From NCBI RefSeq assembly GCF_001194135.2, contig NC_068986.1, positions 4,410,875 through 4,474,874 on the forward strand: DNA of 64,000 nucleotides, read 5' to 3'. The notes beneath the pieces are model-generated. The model worked only from the letters and a program-made list of their open reading frames with translations, did not search any database and was not told the DNA's origin. Each line of letters starts with the position of its first letter. Position 1 is the stretch's first letter. This DNA is from Octopus bimaculoides. Taxonomy: Eukaryota. Made by a program: the position numbers and the translations under genes. This document shows positions 13,151-25,692 of the stretch, in pieces.

Positions 13151-14045
13151 ACTATTTAGAGCTACAATTGCATTTGACTAGCTTTGTAAAATGAGTTGTT
13201 TTCAATTTTCTCAATCCTTCAGAAATCCAATCTCAAACAAATATATCAGTACAAAGATTTTTGCTTAGGATGGAACCATTAGCTGCTGTAAGGCATTGAA
13301 TCATCCATCTCCCACAGTCAACGCTTACTCTACAATCATTTAGTTCACCCTGTCTTTATGATAATAGTACAAAGTACATCTACTATGTTATGCATGTGTG
13401 TATGTATATGTTTGTGCATAGCTATGTGTACACATGTACTCACATACATGTGTATATTGTTTAGCCGCATGTTTGCTTTGGTCACGAGAACCTGTGATTA
13501 AACCTTTCCAGCCATGACCTTTCCATTTTTTGTATATCCATCATTTAAGATAATATTTGACTATTATTTGAGGATGGAGTCTGATTTCATATAGCATATG
13601 AAGGATATTCATATGATAACAAATGGAAGGTCCAGTTCTTTGATTGACTGGATAACCTGCTTATTGAATTAGTATAAAAGTGGTTGAGTATTCCAGACAC
13701 ATTTACCCTTAACATAATTCTCAGCTAGAATCAGCATGACATATGTGTTACAAGGCCGGATTTTGAATTTCAGATACAATGCATCTAATGAGCTTCTATA
13801 CAGCTTCGAAGTACCCAAATTCACTAACAAAACTTATGGCATAAAATTATGATAGAATTTAAATATGAGCACTACTTCAAAATAGGCAATTTTGTATCAA
13901 AGAACCAGAAATGGTTCTAGGTGAGTTGGTATCAAAATTATTAAGATAAAGTTGTCCCATTATTGTGGATGTGCAATTATCACCTTCTGATAAATATTTA
14001 CCATAACTTCTGATTTCACCCTTTGAATGGTTGGTGTGCATAATG

Positions 14046-14390
14046 CCTCCTAATATGCTTTCTTGGGTGCTACATAATATGCTCCCCAAGTTGCTATATA
14101 ACATGCTGTCTAGAGTGCTATTTAACACATATAGGATGCTATGTGACATGTTGTCCAAGGTACTACATGCCATGTTGTCCAAAATGCTATATATGTTTAA
14201 TAAGGTACTATATAACGTGTTTTGTAATGTGCTACATGACATGTTGTTCAAGGTGCTATTTGACATGTCCTAGGTGCTATATGACATGTTGTCCTATTTG
14301 CTACATGACATATCCAAGGGGCTATATAATATTTGATTTGGGGGATGCTATATAATATGTGATCTAAGGTACTATACATCACTATATAAC
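14046..14390. repeat. Diverged minisatellite with 24/24/21-bp higher-order structure (69-bp period)
   Basis: cta-initiated units start at 14070, 14094, 14118, 14139, 14163, 14187, 14208, 14232, 14256, 14277, 14301, 14322, 14348; consensus approx. ctatatgacatgttgtccaaggtg. Confidence 0.9.
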
Positions 14391-16173
14391 CTGAAACACT
14401 GTTTGTATAGATGTAATGCCAATTCTTATTTTTCTGTTTCCATTCAATATAGAATTGATTTGTATCAGTGATTTTTTTTCAATGTTCTCTTTGGCAGTTA
14501 TTTCTGAGTTTCATAATCTCTAGCACAGTTCCCATCTGGCATCAAATAATCTCAAATATTGGTATTAATACTGTTAGTACAACACCATATTAGGGACAAT
14601 TGATTTATTGTATGCTGAGTGCTCTGATTGCCTTAGTTTTTTTTTTTTTTAATGTTTTAATATCTTATTCATTGTTTATAATTTTTTATGCTAACAAAAA
14701 AAAAAAAAAAAAACTTCATCATAGGTAATGTTTCCGTTANNNNNNNNNNAAAAAAAAAAAAAAAAAAAAAACTTCATCATAGGTAATGTTTCCGTTACTT
14801 GTAAATTGAGAATGACAGACAGGTTATAAATATTCATGTTGTTTTTAGTTAATTCTTTATTTTTGTCCTGTTTTGTTATCAGATAAAGATACTTATCTTG
14901 ACCTTACTCTATAACTTGTAAGGTTGGTCAGACAAGGACAAGGTGTCTTTTTTTTTTTTTTTTAATTCCATATCATCAATATTGTAAACGCACAGGTTGA
15001 AATCATCACAAAAATAAAATTTAAAAAATAGTGTCATATACCATTCCTTTTTGTGTGTGTGTGTGTGTGTGTTAACTCATTTACTTTATAAGGTTCTATA
15101 CTCATATGCTGTTAATAGGAACAGAAACATGCTCTCATTGAAATATATCTTGACAGTCTCTTTCTATATCTACAGTTTCAGTAATAAAACTAAACTAAAC
15201 TTCCTTACTGTTTTTGATTATTTTTTTCCTGGTATTGTAGAGAAACTTCATTGCCTTAAGCATGCATAATTGAGAAACATTTGTTTTGTAATCCAGTTAA
15301 ATATTCACAAATATATTTTCTCTATGTTTAGTCAAAGGTTATTTATTCTTTCCACCATCACTACCACCCTACTTGGATTTTTCTCTCATATTGGCTTTGT
15401 TTCTACCAGTTCCCGTGTACTTATTGCAACATAAGCTCTATATGTGTATGTAATATGTTTGCACAAGCTATGTGTGATATATGAGTATTATATGAATATG
15501 ATATATGTGTATTCTATCTGTGGATGTGAAATATGTGTGAATGTGGTATATGTGGTATATGTAATGTATGTGGGTGAGAGCGAAAGTAATATATGATATA
15601 ACTGTATGCAAAATATGTGATATACCTGTGTGTGTGAGTGAGTGAGTGAGAGAGTGAGAGAGAGAGAGAGAGAGAGAATGAATGAGATAATATATTAGTA
15701 TGGATGAGATATGTTGTATATTGGTGTGTGTGTGTGTGTGATGCATAACATTTCAGAATGTGATATTTAATGTGTCAGTATGTTTGATATCTAATGTTGT
15801 GTGAAATATGTAGTGGGTGAGTGGTGCAGGTGAAATATGTAGTGTGTGTGTGTGTGTGTGTGTGAATTGCACTGTCTTTTTGTTGTTATTTTTCATGTTT
15901 TATTATCTAAAGTTTTAGCTATAACATAAATTTGCTATAAAAATGTCTAAAATTAAACCATTCAGTTAATTGCTGACAGGTATACTTGATTGAATAATCA
16001 GCAATTAAATGTATAACAGATTAATTGTTACACACAATAGGTGATTGCTCATATTTTCTTATAAACAAACTATTTGCTGCTCCACTGCACGACTCAGAGT
16101 AATTTAAAATAAGACCAGACTTCTTAGTTTGCAGATGCACATCAAAATCTAAGCATTTTTCGTCTCCATTCAA

Positions 16174-16965
16174 AACAACAACAACAATAATGGTTTCAAA
16201 TTTTGGCTCAAGGTCAGCAATTTTGGGGGAAGGGATAAGTCAATTAAATTGACCCTAGTCCTCAACTGGTACCGATATTGTTGACCACAAAAGGCTGACA
16301 GACAAAGTCAACCTCAGCGGAATTTGAACTCAGAACGTGAAGACAGGTGAAATATCACAAAGCATTTTGCCCATCATGCTAACAATTCTGCCAGCTCACC
16401 ACCTTGAATAATGATAATAATAATACAGGTACAAGGCTCACCACCTCAAAGTTTCTAATATTAGGACCTGAACAATGGGGGACGGGGGTTTGGTCAATTG
16501 TATTGACCCCAGCACTTGACTGGTTCTTTTTTATTGACCCTGAAAGGAGAAAAGGCGAAATTGACCTTGAAAAATTTGAACCCTGAGATAAAGAAGGAAG
16601 AAATGCTGCTAAGTGTATTTTCCAGAGTGCTAACAATGCCACCAGCTGGGCATCTTGAATAATAATAAGAAGAATTGAGATTGCTAAGATGTGGCAGCTA
16701 CAAGAGTTAACCATAAAGGTTATCTCTATTGTCATCGGAGCATTGGGTTCAGTACCACCCAATCTGAAAAAAATATCTGAAAACCTTAGAGATACCCTAC
16801 AATCTAGATGTATTGCAAAAGTCAGTATTACTTGGAACTGCACATATATTGCGTAGAGTACTGTCTGTCTGAGGTCCTTGTTGTGACTTGATAAACAGTA
16901 TAAACCCCTGGTAGACACAATATCTTCAATCAACAGCCTCACAGTATTGTATACTGTGCGACATT

Positions 16966-16998
<33 letters not shown>

Positions 16999-17719
16999 TT
17001 GTTCTACTATAGGCACAAGGCCTGAAATTTTGGGGGAAGGAGCTAGTCGATTACATCATCTCCAGTATTTGACTGGTACTTATTTTATAGACTCTAAAGG
17101 GATGAAACACAAAGTCAACCTCTGCAGAATATGAACTCAGAACAGAAAGCCAAACGAAATGCTGTTAAGCATTTTGTCCAGTGTGCTGATGAATCTGCTA
17201 GCTCAGAGCTTTAATAATTGTAATAATAATAACAATTCTTTCTGCTAAAGGCACAAGGCCTGAAATTTTGTGGGAGAGGACTAGTCGATGACACCAACCC
17301 CAGTGTTTCAACGGTGCTTAGTTTATCAACTTCAAAAGCATGAAAGGTAAAGTCAACCTTGGTGGAATTTGAACTCAGATCGTAAAGGCAGATGAAATGT
17401 TACTAAGCATTTTGCCCAGTGTGCCAATGGTTCTGCCAACTTGCCACCCTAATGATAATAATAGTAATAAAAATAATAATAATTATTATTATAATTATAA
17501 TAATAACAACAACAATAGTTCTTTCTACTGGAAGCACAAGGCCTCAAATTTTGAGAAGGGATTAAGTCAATTACATCGACCCTAGTGTGTAACTGGTACT
17601 TATTTAATCGACCCCGAAAGGATGAAAGGCAAAGTCGACCTTGGTGGAATTTGAGCTCAGATTATGAAGGCAGATGAAACGCCACTAAGCATGCCAACAA
17701 TTCTACCAGCTCACCACCC
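16174..17719 (-). mobile_element. Head-to-tail array of five family-A SINEs separated by (AAT)n tracts
   Basis: Copies at approx. 16174-16403, 16407-16652, 16968-17210, 17214-17448 and 17451-17719, each showing ggaatttgaactcaga..aagcattttg..ctgccagctcaccacc-type sequence on the + strand. Confidence 0.8.
16671..16968 (+). mobile_element. 3' end of an R4/Dong-like restriction-endonuclease-like (REL) non-LTR retrotransposon
   Basis: IEIAKMWQLQELTIKVISIVIGALGSVPPNLKK, a frameshift in an A-run, then YLKTLEIPYNLDVLQKSVLLGTAHILRRVLSV* (stop 16870-16872); short 3' UTR and (TAA)n tail; (AAT)n also on the 5' side. Confidence 0.8.
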
Positions 17720-17724
17720 GAATG

Positions 17725-17759
<35 letters not shown>

Positions 17760-18229
17760 TATAATAATGATAATAATAACCACCCTAAATGTTTTCAGTT
17801 TTCTTGTTTCACTGTTCATGAAAATTTATAAAAAACACTATTTTTTCATTATGCATCATGTGATGTCTATAATATTCAACTGAGTATCAGATTTCTAGGA
17901 TTGGAGCTCTAATCACACCAAAGGAGTTCTCTCAATATGTTAGTGATTCTGCAGAAATGCTAATTCTAAAAACTAAAACTAATCATTCAAGAGCTTTTTC
18001 AGCAAATCAATTATATTCTTCTTTCCTCCTCTCTCTTTCTTCTTCTCTTTCTCTCTCTTATTATTGGCTCCATTGAACATGGCTGCAGTTATTGGCTTGT
18101 AATATTGAGAAATTTCCTGTTCTGAATTCACTTATTTAAAAAAAAAAAAATCTGCAAAATATCATTTCTATTATTGATACACAATGGGTTAGACTCATTG
18201 TTAAAGATAAATTGTGTTTAGCATTGTTG

Positions 18230-18270
<41 letters not shown>

Positions 18271-18552
18271 ATCATCATTATTATATCATCATCATTATCA
18301 TTATTATTATTATTATTTCTCAGTTTGATGTTCTGTTAGTTGATCATTCACAGCAGACAAAACAGAATCAGAAAGTTTCTGGTGCATAGCAATTGTGATT
18401 GGAAAAAAAAATGTTTTCCCCACTGAAATATGTAATTAAGAACATTGAGAGTTAGATGAGATATATTAGAAAACTAATATACTGAACTGTTATTGCTGTT
18501 TTAGTTAGTACTAGTGCTAATGCAGTTCTACTTTATGTGTACATGTATGTAT

Positions 18553-18610
<58 letters not shown>

Positions 18611-19001
18611 GCAAATATATAAATGCACACACACATATGTGCACACATATATATATATGGACATACACATATATGGACATATACACACACATATAAGTTC
18701 ACACACACATACACGCATGCACACAAACACACACACACACAAACTGACACTCCTTTAGTGCAACTTTTTAAAGTCACCTGCAATCTTAAGTTTCATTTCC
18801 ATAACAATGACTGATTATTCATAATTATCAATAACTGTCTGCGGGAGCATATGCATATATTGTATATGTGTATATGCATGTGTGTGTAAATATATGAGTT
18901 TGTGTGTGTGTATACAGAAATGCTAATTTTAAATCCAACCATAAAGAAAATTTTATCCCCTCACACACACACACACACACACACACGTGTATATACATAT
19001 A

Positions 19002-20560
19002 TCATCATTATCATCATCATCATTTAACATTCATTGTCCATGCTGGCATAGGTTGAATGGTTTAACCAGGGTTGGCAAGCTGAGGGGCTGCACCAGACTC
19101 CAGACTGATTTGGCATAGTTTCTACAGCTGGATGCCCTTCCTAATGCCACCACTCTGAGAGTGTAATGGGTGCTTTTACATGCCACCGGCACAGGTGTCA
19201 TTTTCATGATGCCAGTGTCTGCTGTGATTACGATTTCACTTGGCTTGACGGGTTTTCTGCTTAAGCAGGTCTCGGTCATTTGTCATTGCCACTATGAGGC
19301 CCAACGCTTGGAAGGTGCTTTTTACGTGCCACTAGCACAGGTGCTAGTTACATGACACTGGCACAGGTGCTAACTACACAACACCAGCATTAGCTACATT
19401 GCCTGCATGAGGCCCAACTGTCAAAATGTGCTTCATACATGCCACCAACACAGATGCTAGTTATGCAACACCAGTGTCAGCCATATTGCCCCTGTGAGGC
19501 CCAACGCTTGAAAGGTGCTTTTTATGTGCCACCTGCATGGGTGCCCAGCCATGACTATGGTTTCACTTGGCTTGACTTATCTTCTCAAGTACAGCATATT
19601 CCCAAAGATCTGAGTCACAATTTATTGCCTCCATGAAACCCAATGTTTGAAGATCATGTTTCACCACCTTGTCCCATGTCTTCCTGGGTCTATCTCTTCC
19701 ACAGGTTCCCTCCACAGTTAGAGATCAGTACTTCTTTACACAGCTGTCCTCATCGATACGCTTCACATGAATATACCAGCATGGTCGTATCTCTTGCACA
19801 CCACATCTGATGCCTCTTATGCCCAACTTTTCTTTGAAGGCACTCACACTCTGTCATACATGCACACTGGCGTTGCACACTTCTTTGCTAGCTTCATTTC
19901 TTTCATGCCTACACGTCCTCAGTGGTCACAGCCCATGTTTCACTGCCATGTAGCATAGCTGTTCACACACAGTCTGCCTTTCACTCTGAGGGAGACGCCT
20001 TTTGTTGCCAACAGAGTTAGGAGCTCTCTGAACTTTGCCCAGCTTATTTTTATCCTCGCAGCTACACTCTCGTAGCATCCACCTCCACTCCTGACTTGGT
20101 CACTTAGATAACAGAAGCTATCAACTACCTCTAGCATTTGATGGAGGCTGTTTTCTGTACATTTTTAGTGTTTATTGTACCTGTGCACCTCCCGCACACA
20201 AAAACTATCTTCCCAGTTAGCCTTCTTTTGATATTGCTGCACCTCTTATGTGTCCATACCTTCCACTAGATACATCTGATGGAATTTCTACCTACACCTT
20301 TCCTACAGATCAAGCAGGGCCATCTACCTGAAAGCATTTGTGATTTGTCTGCTTTCCTACTTACTAAGACTTTGGTTTTTTTTAAAGTTAACTTCAATTC
20401 TAGACCTTGCTTTAAGTTCCTTCAATTCTAGACCTTACTTCTACACCTAAAATTTTTTTCCAAGTTCTGAAAATGATTCAGCTATAAGGACAATCATCAG
20501 CATAGAGGAGCTTCTAGAGGCAACCTGTCTTACATGCCTCTTTAGTTACTTGAGTAGTCT
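19002..20560 (-). mobile_element. RTE-clade LINE, 5'-truncated, RT with embedded PHD finger
   Basis: LLYADD (YADD at 20493-20504), KTKVLVSRK, WPCLICRKGVG..RCI*W..WTHKRC..FVCGRC, LEVVDSFCYL..SVAARIKISWAKFRELL; repeat-rich 3' UTR and (GAT)n tail at approx. 19002-19025. Confidence 0.9.
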
Positions 20561-20597
20561 TTTTTTTTTTTAGCCAAATAAACACATGCACTATAGT

Positions 20598-20970
20598 GCA
20601 GGTGTGGTTGTGTGGTAAGAAACGTTAGCACGCTGGGCGAAATGCTTAGCGGTATTTCGTCTGCCATTACGTTCTGAGTTCAAATTCCGCCGAGGTCGAC
20701 TTTGCCTTTCATCCTTTCGGGGTCGATTAAATAAGTACCAGTTATGCACTGGGTCGATATAATCGACTTAATCCATTTGTCTGTCCTTGTTTGTCCCTTC
20801 TGTGTGTAGCCCCTTGTGGGCAATAAAGAAATAAGAAGCTTGCTTCCCAACCACATGGTTCCAGGTTCAGTGCCATTGTGTGGCACCTTGGGTATGTCTT
20901 CTACTATACCCTCATGCTGACCAAAGCCTTGTGAGTGGATTTGGTCAACAGAAACTGAAAGAAGCCTGTC
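20598..20970 (+). mobile_element. SINE family B, interrupted in its tRNA head by a family-A SINE
   Basis: gcaggtgtggttgtgtggtaagaa (to 20621) resumes as gcttgcttcccaaccacatggttccaggttcag (from 20838). Confidence 0.85.
20622..20831 (+). mobile_element. SINE family A, young CpG-rich subfamily, 5'-truncated
   Basis: Nearly identical to 42634-42861; flanked by direct repeat TAAGAA (20616-20621 and 20832-20837). Confidence 0.9.
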
Positions 20971-20997
20971 ATATATATATATATATATATAATTCAA

Positions 20998-21187
20998 TTA
21001 AAATACAGAGATGCCTATAATAGGACATCTAACCTGCCAGAAAGAACAGCCAAACGTTCTATACCACAATTAGGGATAATTTTGAAAGACAATTCTCTTT
21101 CGAAATTATCCCCAATTGTGGTATAGAGTTTTTGGCTGCTCTTCCTAGCGGGTTAGGTGTCCTATTATAGGCATCTCTGTATTTTAA
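20998..21187. repeat. 190-bp fold-back palindrome (probable hairpin MITE)
   Basis: Arms 20998-21089 and 21096-21187 are reverse complements, 82/92 identical with no indels; 6-nt loop caattc. Confidence 0.95.
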
Positions 21188-21279
21188 ATGAATAATATAT
21201 AGTCTATTTGACTATTTTTTTCTTCTCGCTAGACCACTGGTAGTAAGTCAAATTTCTAAAACTTTCTTGCTACCCTGTG

Positions 21280-21320
<41 letters not shown>

Positions 21321-21330
21321 NNNNNNNNNN

Positions 21331-21368
<38 letters not shown>

Positions 21369-21964
21369 AATGTGCATGTCTAAATACATTCATTGGTGTG
21401 TACTTACATATGTGTTGGTTGTATATGCCTTCTTTTTTCCATACTTTTACTCATTGGCCTGTAGATATATTGGTGCACTACCTTGACAAAACTGAAAGAC
21501 ACAAACCTGCATATAAATGAATATGTTTGTATAAATACAAAGCTAGTGTGCATATATACACACACACACACACACATATATACATGTATATGTGTATGTG
21601 TGTGGTTGTAATTCATGTATGTATATTTATAAAGTTGTATATCCAATGTAGTAGTTTATTGCCATTAATGTTTACTCTAGTGTCCTAATTAAATATAAGT
21701 TGTCTCAAATTTATAGTCTCTAGAAGCTTAATAATATAATATTTGATTTCACATACTACATTAAACTTAATTCATAGTTTGAAATATGTACTTTTCGTCA
21801 TCTTCTGTCACTTCTTGTTCTCAATAAAATGACTGTGGTTAAAAAATATATATATATATTAAAAAAAGAGGCTAATAAAATGTCATCTTTGAATATCATA
21901 GCGATGGTAGAGGGTGAAGACTTCCTGTACATCAACCTTCCAGTGTGCTGATTAATAACCCTTT

Positions 21965-22180
21965 CTACCACAGACAGAAAGCCTAGAATTTGGGATTGGA
22001 GGAGGACTAGTTGATTACATTGACCCTTGTGCTCAACTGGTACTAATTTTATCAGCCCCACCAAAGAATGTAAGGCAAAGTAGACCATGGCAGAATTTGA
22101 ACTTGGAATGTAGAGTTGAAAGAAATGCTGCCAAGCATTTTGTCCAGCACCCTAACATTTCTGCCAGCTTACTACTATAA
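21965..22180 (-). mobile_element. SINE family A, decayed
   Basis: aaagcctagaatttggg..ggtactaattttatc..cagaatttgaact..aagcattttgtccagc..ttctgccagct. Confidence 0.65.
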
Positions 22181-23393
22181 TTGTGTTAATTAATAATGAA
22201 TGTTGATTAATGATGAATGTTAATTAATAATGAACACTGTTTAGATCTGATTCTATGGTTTGTTTTGGACTATTGTTGTTGTCTTGGGCGTAGAATAATC
22301 CTCTCTTTGTTGACTGTGACATTGTATGATATTTCATGACTCCAACATGAATTAGCTTATGTGAAGGAGAATTATGTAATGTTGGCCTCATTTTTCTCCT
22401 CTAGAACTACGTTGATCCAGGAGCAAATGAGGACCAATATGGCTGGAAGTCGGTCAATAACAGGAGGATCTGTGGAGTGTGATTACGCTCTTAACATTCT
22501 TCAATGTTCGTTGTAACTGTTGAAACCACTGTTGTTTTTATTCATTCAGTTCCCTGAACTCACCATGTCCTGACTAACCAAGGATTTTGGTCCCAATAAG
22601 TACCCTTATTTGGTTTAGTCCACTTGTTAAATAGTTTGCTGAGATGTGGTTGTTATACATATTACAACTTCTTGAAGCCACAGATATGAGTTACAACTAA
22701 TGATTAATGGTTGGCAGAAAAGAAATACTCCTGAGACTTGGCCTTACTACAGTTTTTTTTTAGTAGACCCAGTCGATTGATGAATTTTTTATAATCAATG
22801 TTCAAATTCTATTTTTGTAGGTTGATACCCATTTTTAACCATAGGTGAGAATGGATTTTCAAAGGACTGCAAGTCTGTGAAAGAAGGATTGAGCGAAGTG
22901 TTAAGTGTGGTGTTTGTTTGAAAAATAGCAGAACAAAAACAAAAAAGACAAAAAAACAAAGAATCTGAGGAGATTTATTGGGACATGTGGGAAAAAGTGT
23001 TATGTAGTAGTTAGCAAGTTCAGTAGAGCAGAATCCATTTTAGTAGCAATGTAAGGGAGAGAGAACAAACAATGTCTCTGTGGTTTTGTAGTTGAAGCAC
23101 ATGGATGAATGAATAGACATAATGCTGGATGTTGTATGAGTAACAGTAGTACTAACTCAGATGTATGAACACTACTCTAATATGATCAGAATTAGGTTTG
23201 GTAGATAATTCTCTGTACTTAGCCATGACCTTTCCACTTGCCTTGCAGCTCCAGAAGAGTGGTAAATAGTAGACACATACGGACATCTACTGTTTTAAGT
23301 TGGAGTTGTCAATCTGAGAGAGCTTCAACAATTGTGCTCAACCTGGTAGAAATAGAAGCAAAATATCTTTCAAATCCCATTCTAATGTCTTAA

Positions 23394-23608
23394 CTCTTTA
23401 GCATTTAAACTGCTCATAGCTGACCTGAATCTTTTATCTGTTTTATTTTCAGACTGACCAGATCTGGTCTCTCACACCTATCCTACAATGTCATTCTAAA
23501 AATAAACAATCACATCATCAAAATGTTGAAGCTAAGAGATAATGCATGGTTAATTCAAAACAGTGTGAATAAATAAGCATTACATTTGACTCTGTTGTAA
23601 TCTGAATG
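23394..23608. mobile_element. TTAA-type (piggyBac-like) MITE, family 1, decayed
   Basis: TTAA-ctctttagcatttaaactg start; internal sequence is the reverse complement of 42445-42630. Confidence 0.6.
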
Positions 23609-25254
23609 ATATATAAATGATATATAAAAATTGTGATGACTGGAATGCTTTATTAGGACTTGCTTCAGCAGCTAAACATTGAGAGAGGAGTTCTTTCATT
23701 CATATCAATGAGTAGTTTAAAGAACAAAAAGGAGCTTTAGCAGTATTTAAGTTAACCAGCAAATTACTTTACATACTTACCAATAACTAGGATGATACTG
23801 TGGCCCACCAACAACCAAGATTGTTTAGCAACAACAGATTAGTAATATAGCCTTGCTATACCATTTACTATCAGTGTGTCAGCTAAAACACTATAATTCT
23901 GCAGAATCTCTTCGCTAAAATTTTATTAGCCTTAATTATAGCATTGCAACTTTCACAGACTTGTGACCTATAATCAAGTTGAATAATCTGCAGCTGACAT
24001 GATATGGTAGTGTTAGTAGAAATTGAACAGACACAATAGAGAAAGGTGGTTATGAGAAAAACATTAAACTTTAAAAGTTATTGGCTAATAATGGCAAATT
24101 GGTTTTTCTTTGATTCATTCCATATCATATGTAACATTACACTACTCGCCCAGGTGATTATGGCTAACTGAAAGATACACAGTTTCTTTTGTGCAGATAA
24201 GAGTGTGGCTCTTAAATTAAATGACCATAAAGTATTTGGTATACAAAGATAAAGTGAGTTTTGATTCAGATGAATAAAGAGTGTTCTACAACAAAGCAGA
24301 ATGTCATATAATCTTAGTGGGTGGTCAGTTATTTGTTCTGATGGTATCCAAGAAGAGAAGAGGAAAAAATTATATTCTCTTCAGAGAGGGAGAGAGAGAG
24401 AGAGAGATGAGCGGACAGAGAGAGAGAGAGAGAGAGAGAGAATTGAAAGCAGTTTTAGAGACATAAAACTATGATTGTTTCACTCACAAGTATTCTTGTA
24501 TTTGATATTTTAAGTCATTTCTAGTAACTGTAAGAGTGTAACAGTATTGTATGAGAAACCCTTCCTCTCAGATGTTTGTGTCTTTGAGTGTTTAAAACTA
24601 ACAAATATAACTTTAAGAGATTGGAGGAAACAGTCAAATTGACTGGGAAAGTAGCAGGGAAAGATCACTTAACTTTTTAGTTGCATGACTGAAGACCAAC
24701 ATTCATTGGTCAGTTTTAAAGCCAAGTTCCACTTCAATATGCACCCTCTTTATTTTCTTACCATTTCAGTTAGTTGATGTTATAGCAGTTGTCTCTTGCT
24801 TGTTGATTTTAGATTTTGAACATATTTAGAGGGAACTTTTGTCGACTGAATGAATAATCTCAAATTTATAAATGGTTTTCAACTCACTGCATGTGTTCAT
24901 TTAGAATGCAGAATGCTCATTTCTCAGACATATTGTTGACATAATCTTCATCTCTGCAATCCCTGTAATTTTCTAGATAAACTAATCACTTCTTAGTCTT
25001 GTCAACTGAGTTGAATATATTTCATTGAGAAGGTTTAATTGGATTGAAACAGGTGTGCTGCTGTCACCACTTCACATCCACTTGCATCTGTATCTATTTT
25101 ACCCCCCCCCCCTCCAAATTTCAGTTAGTTGATTATATTGCAGTTAACTCTGTAGTTGCTTTCAGATATTGAACACTCCCTAATGGGAGATTTTTGTCTG
25201 CTATTAGCTTGGCTAATTTCAGTTAACTGAAATTTTTCAACTCCTTATATTATA

Positions 25255-25637
25255 CTAGCAGAGATACCCGGCGTTGCCCATGTTATATGCAATTGAAGAA
25301 TTAGACTTTTCTGTTATATTTTCTCTAATGAACTGGAATACCTATGATTCGAATTTCATCAAAATTGCAGATGAGGGTTCTTTCCCACTTTACACACCCT
25401 AAAAAAATTGTAATCATGACACATGTACATCATACTACTGACCTTTATGCACAGATTCCAAAATTCCAGTCTTATGGAACTTGTTAAAAGGATTTTGCTC
25501 CTGAAAAATGGAGGTCATGGAGCTCTAAAATGTGGGAGTTAAGGTCCCTATTGGGCGTAGGTGTCTTAATGTCAACCAGAGAAGTTGAATTGTTGAGATT
25601 CTTTTTTTAAAGTTGGGTCTTGTATGTATTGTTCAAA

Positions 25638-25692
<55 letters not shown>

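Noticed and set aside
14690-14800. Duplicated aaaacttcatcataggtaatgtttccgtta on both sides of a 10-N gap
   Set aside because: Most likely overlapping contig ends left unmerged at a poly-A run, so an assembly artefact.
22425-22540. Acceptor tttttctcctctAG followed by short open frames (e.g. NYVDPGANEDQYGWKSVNNRRICGV*)
   Set aside because: No good donor, peptide not recognised; such acceptors occur often by chance in AT-rich DNA.
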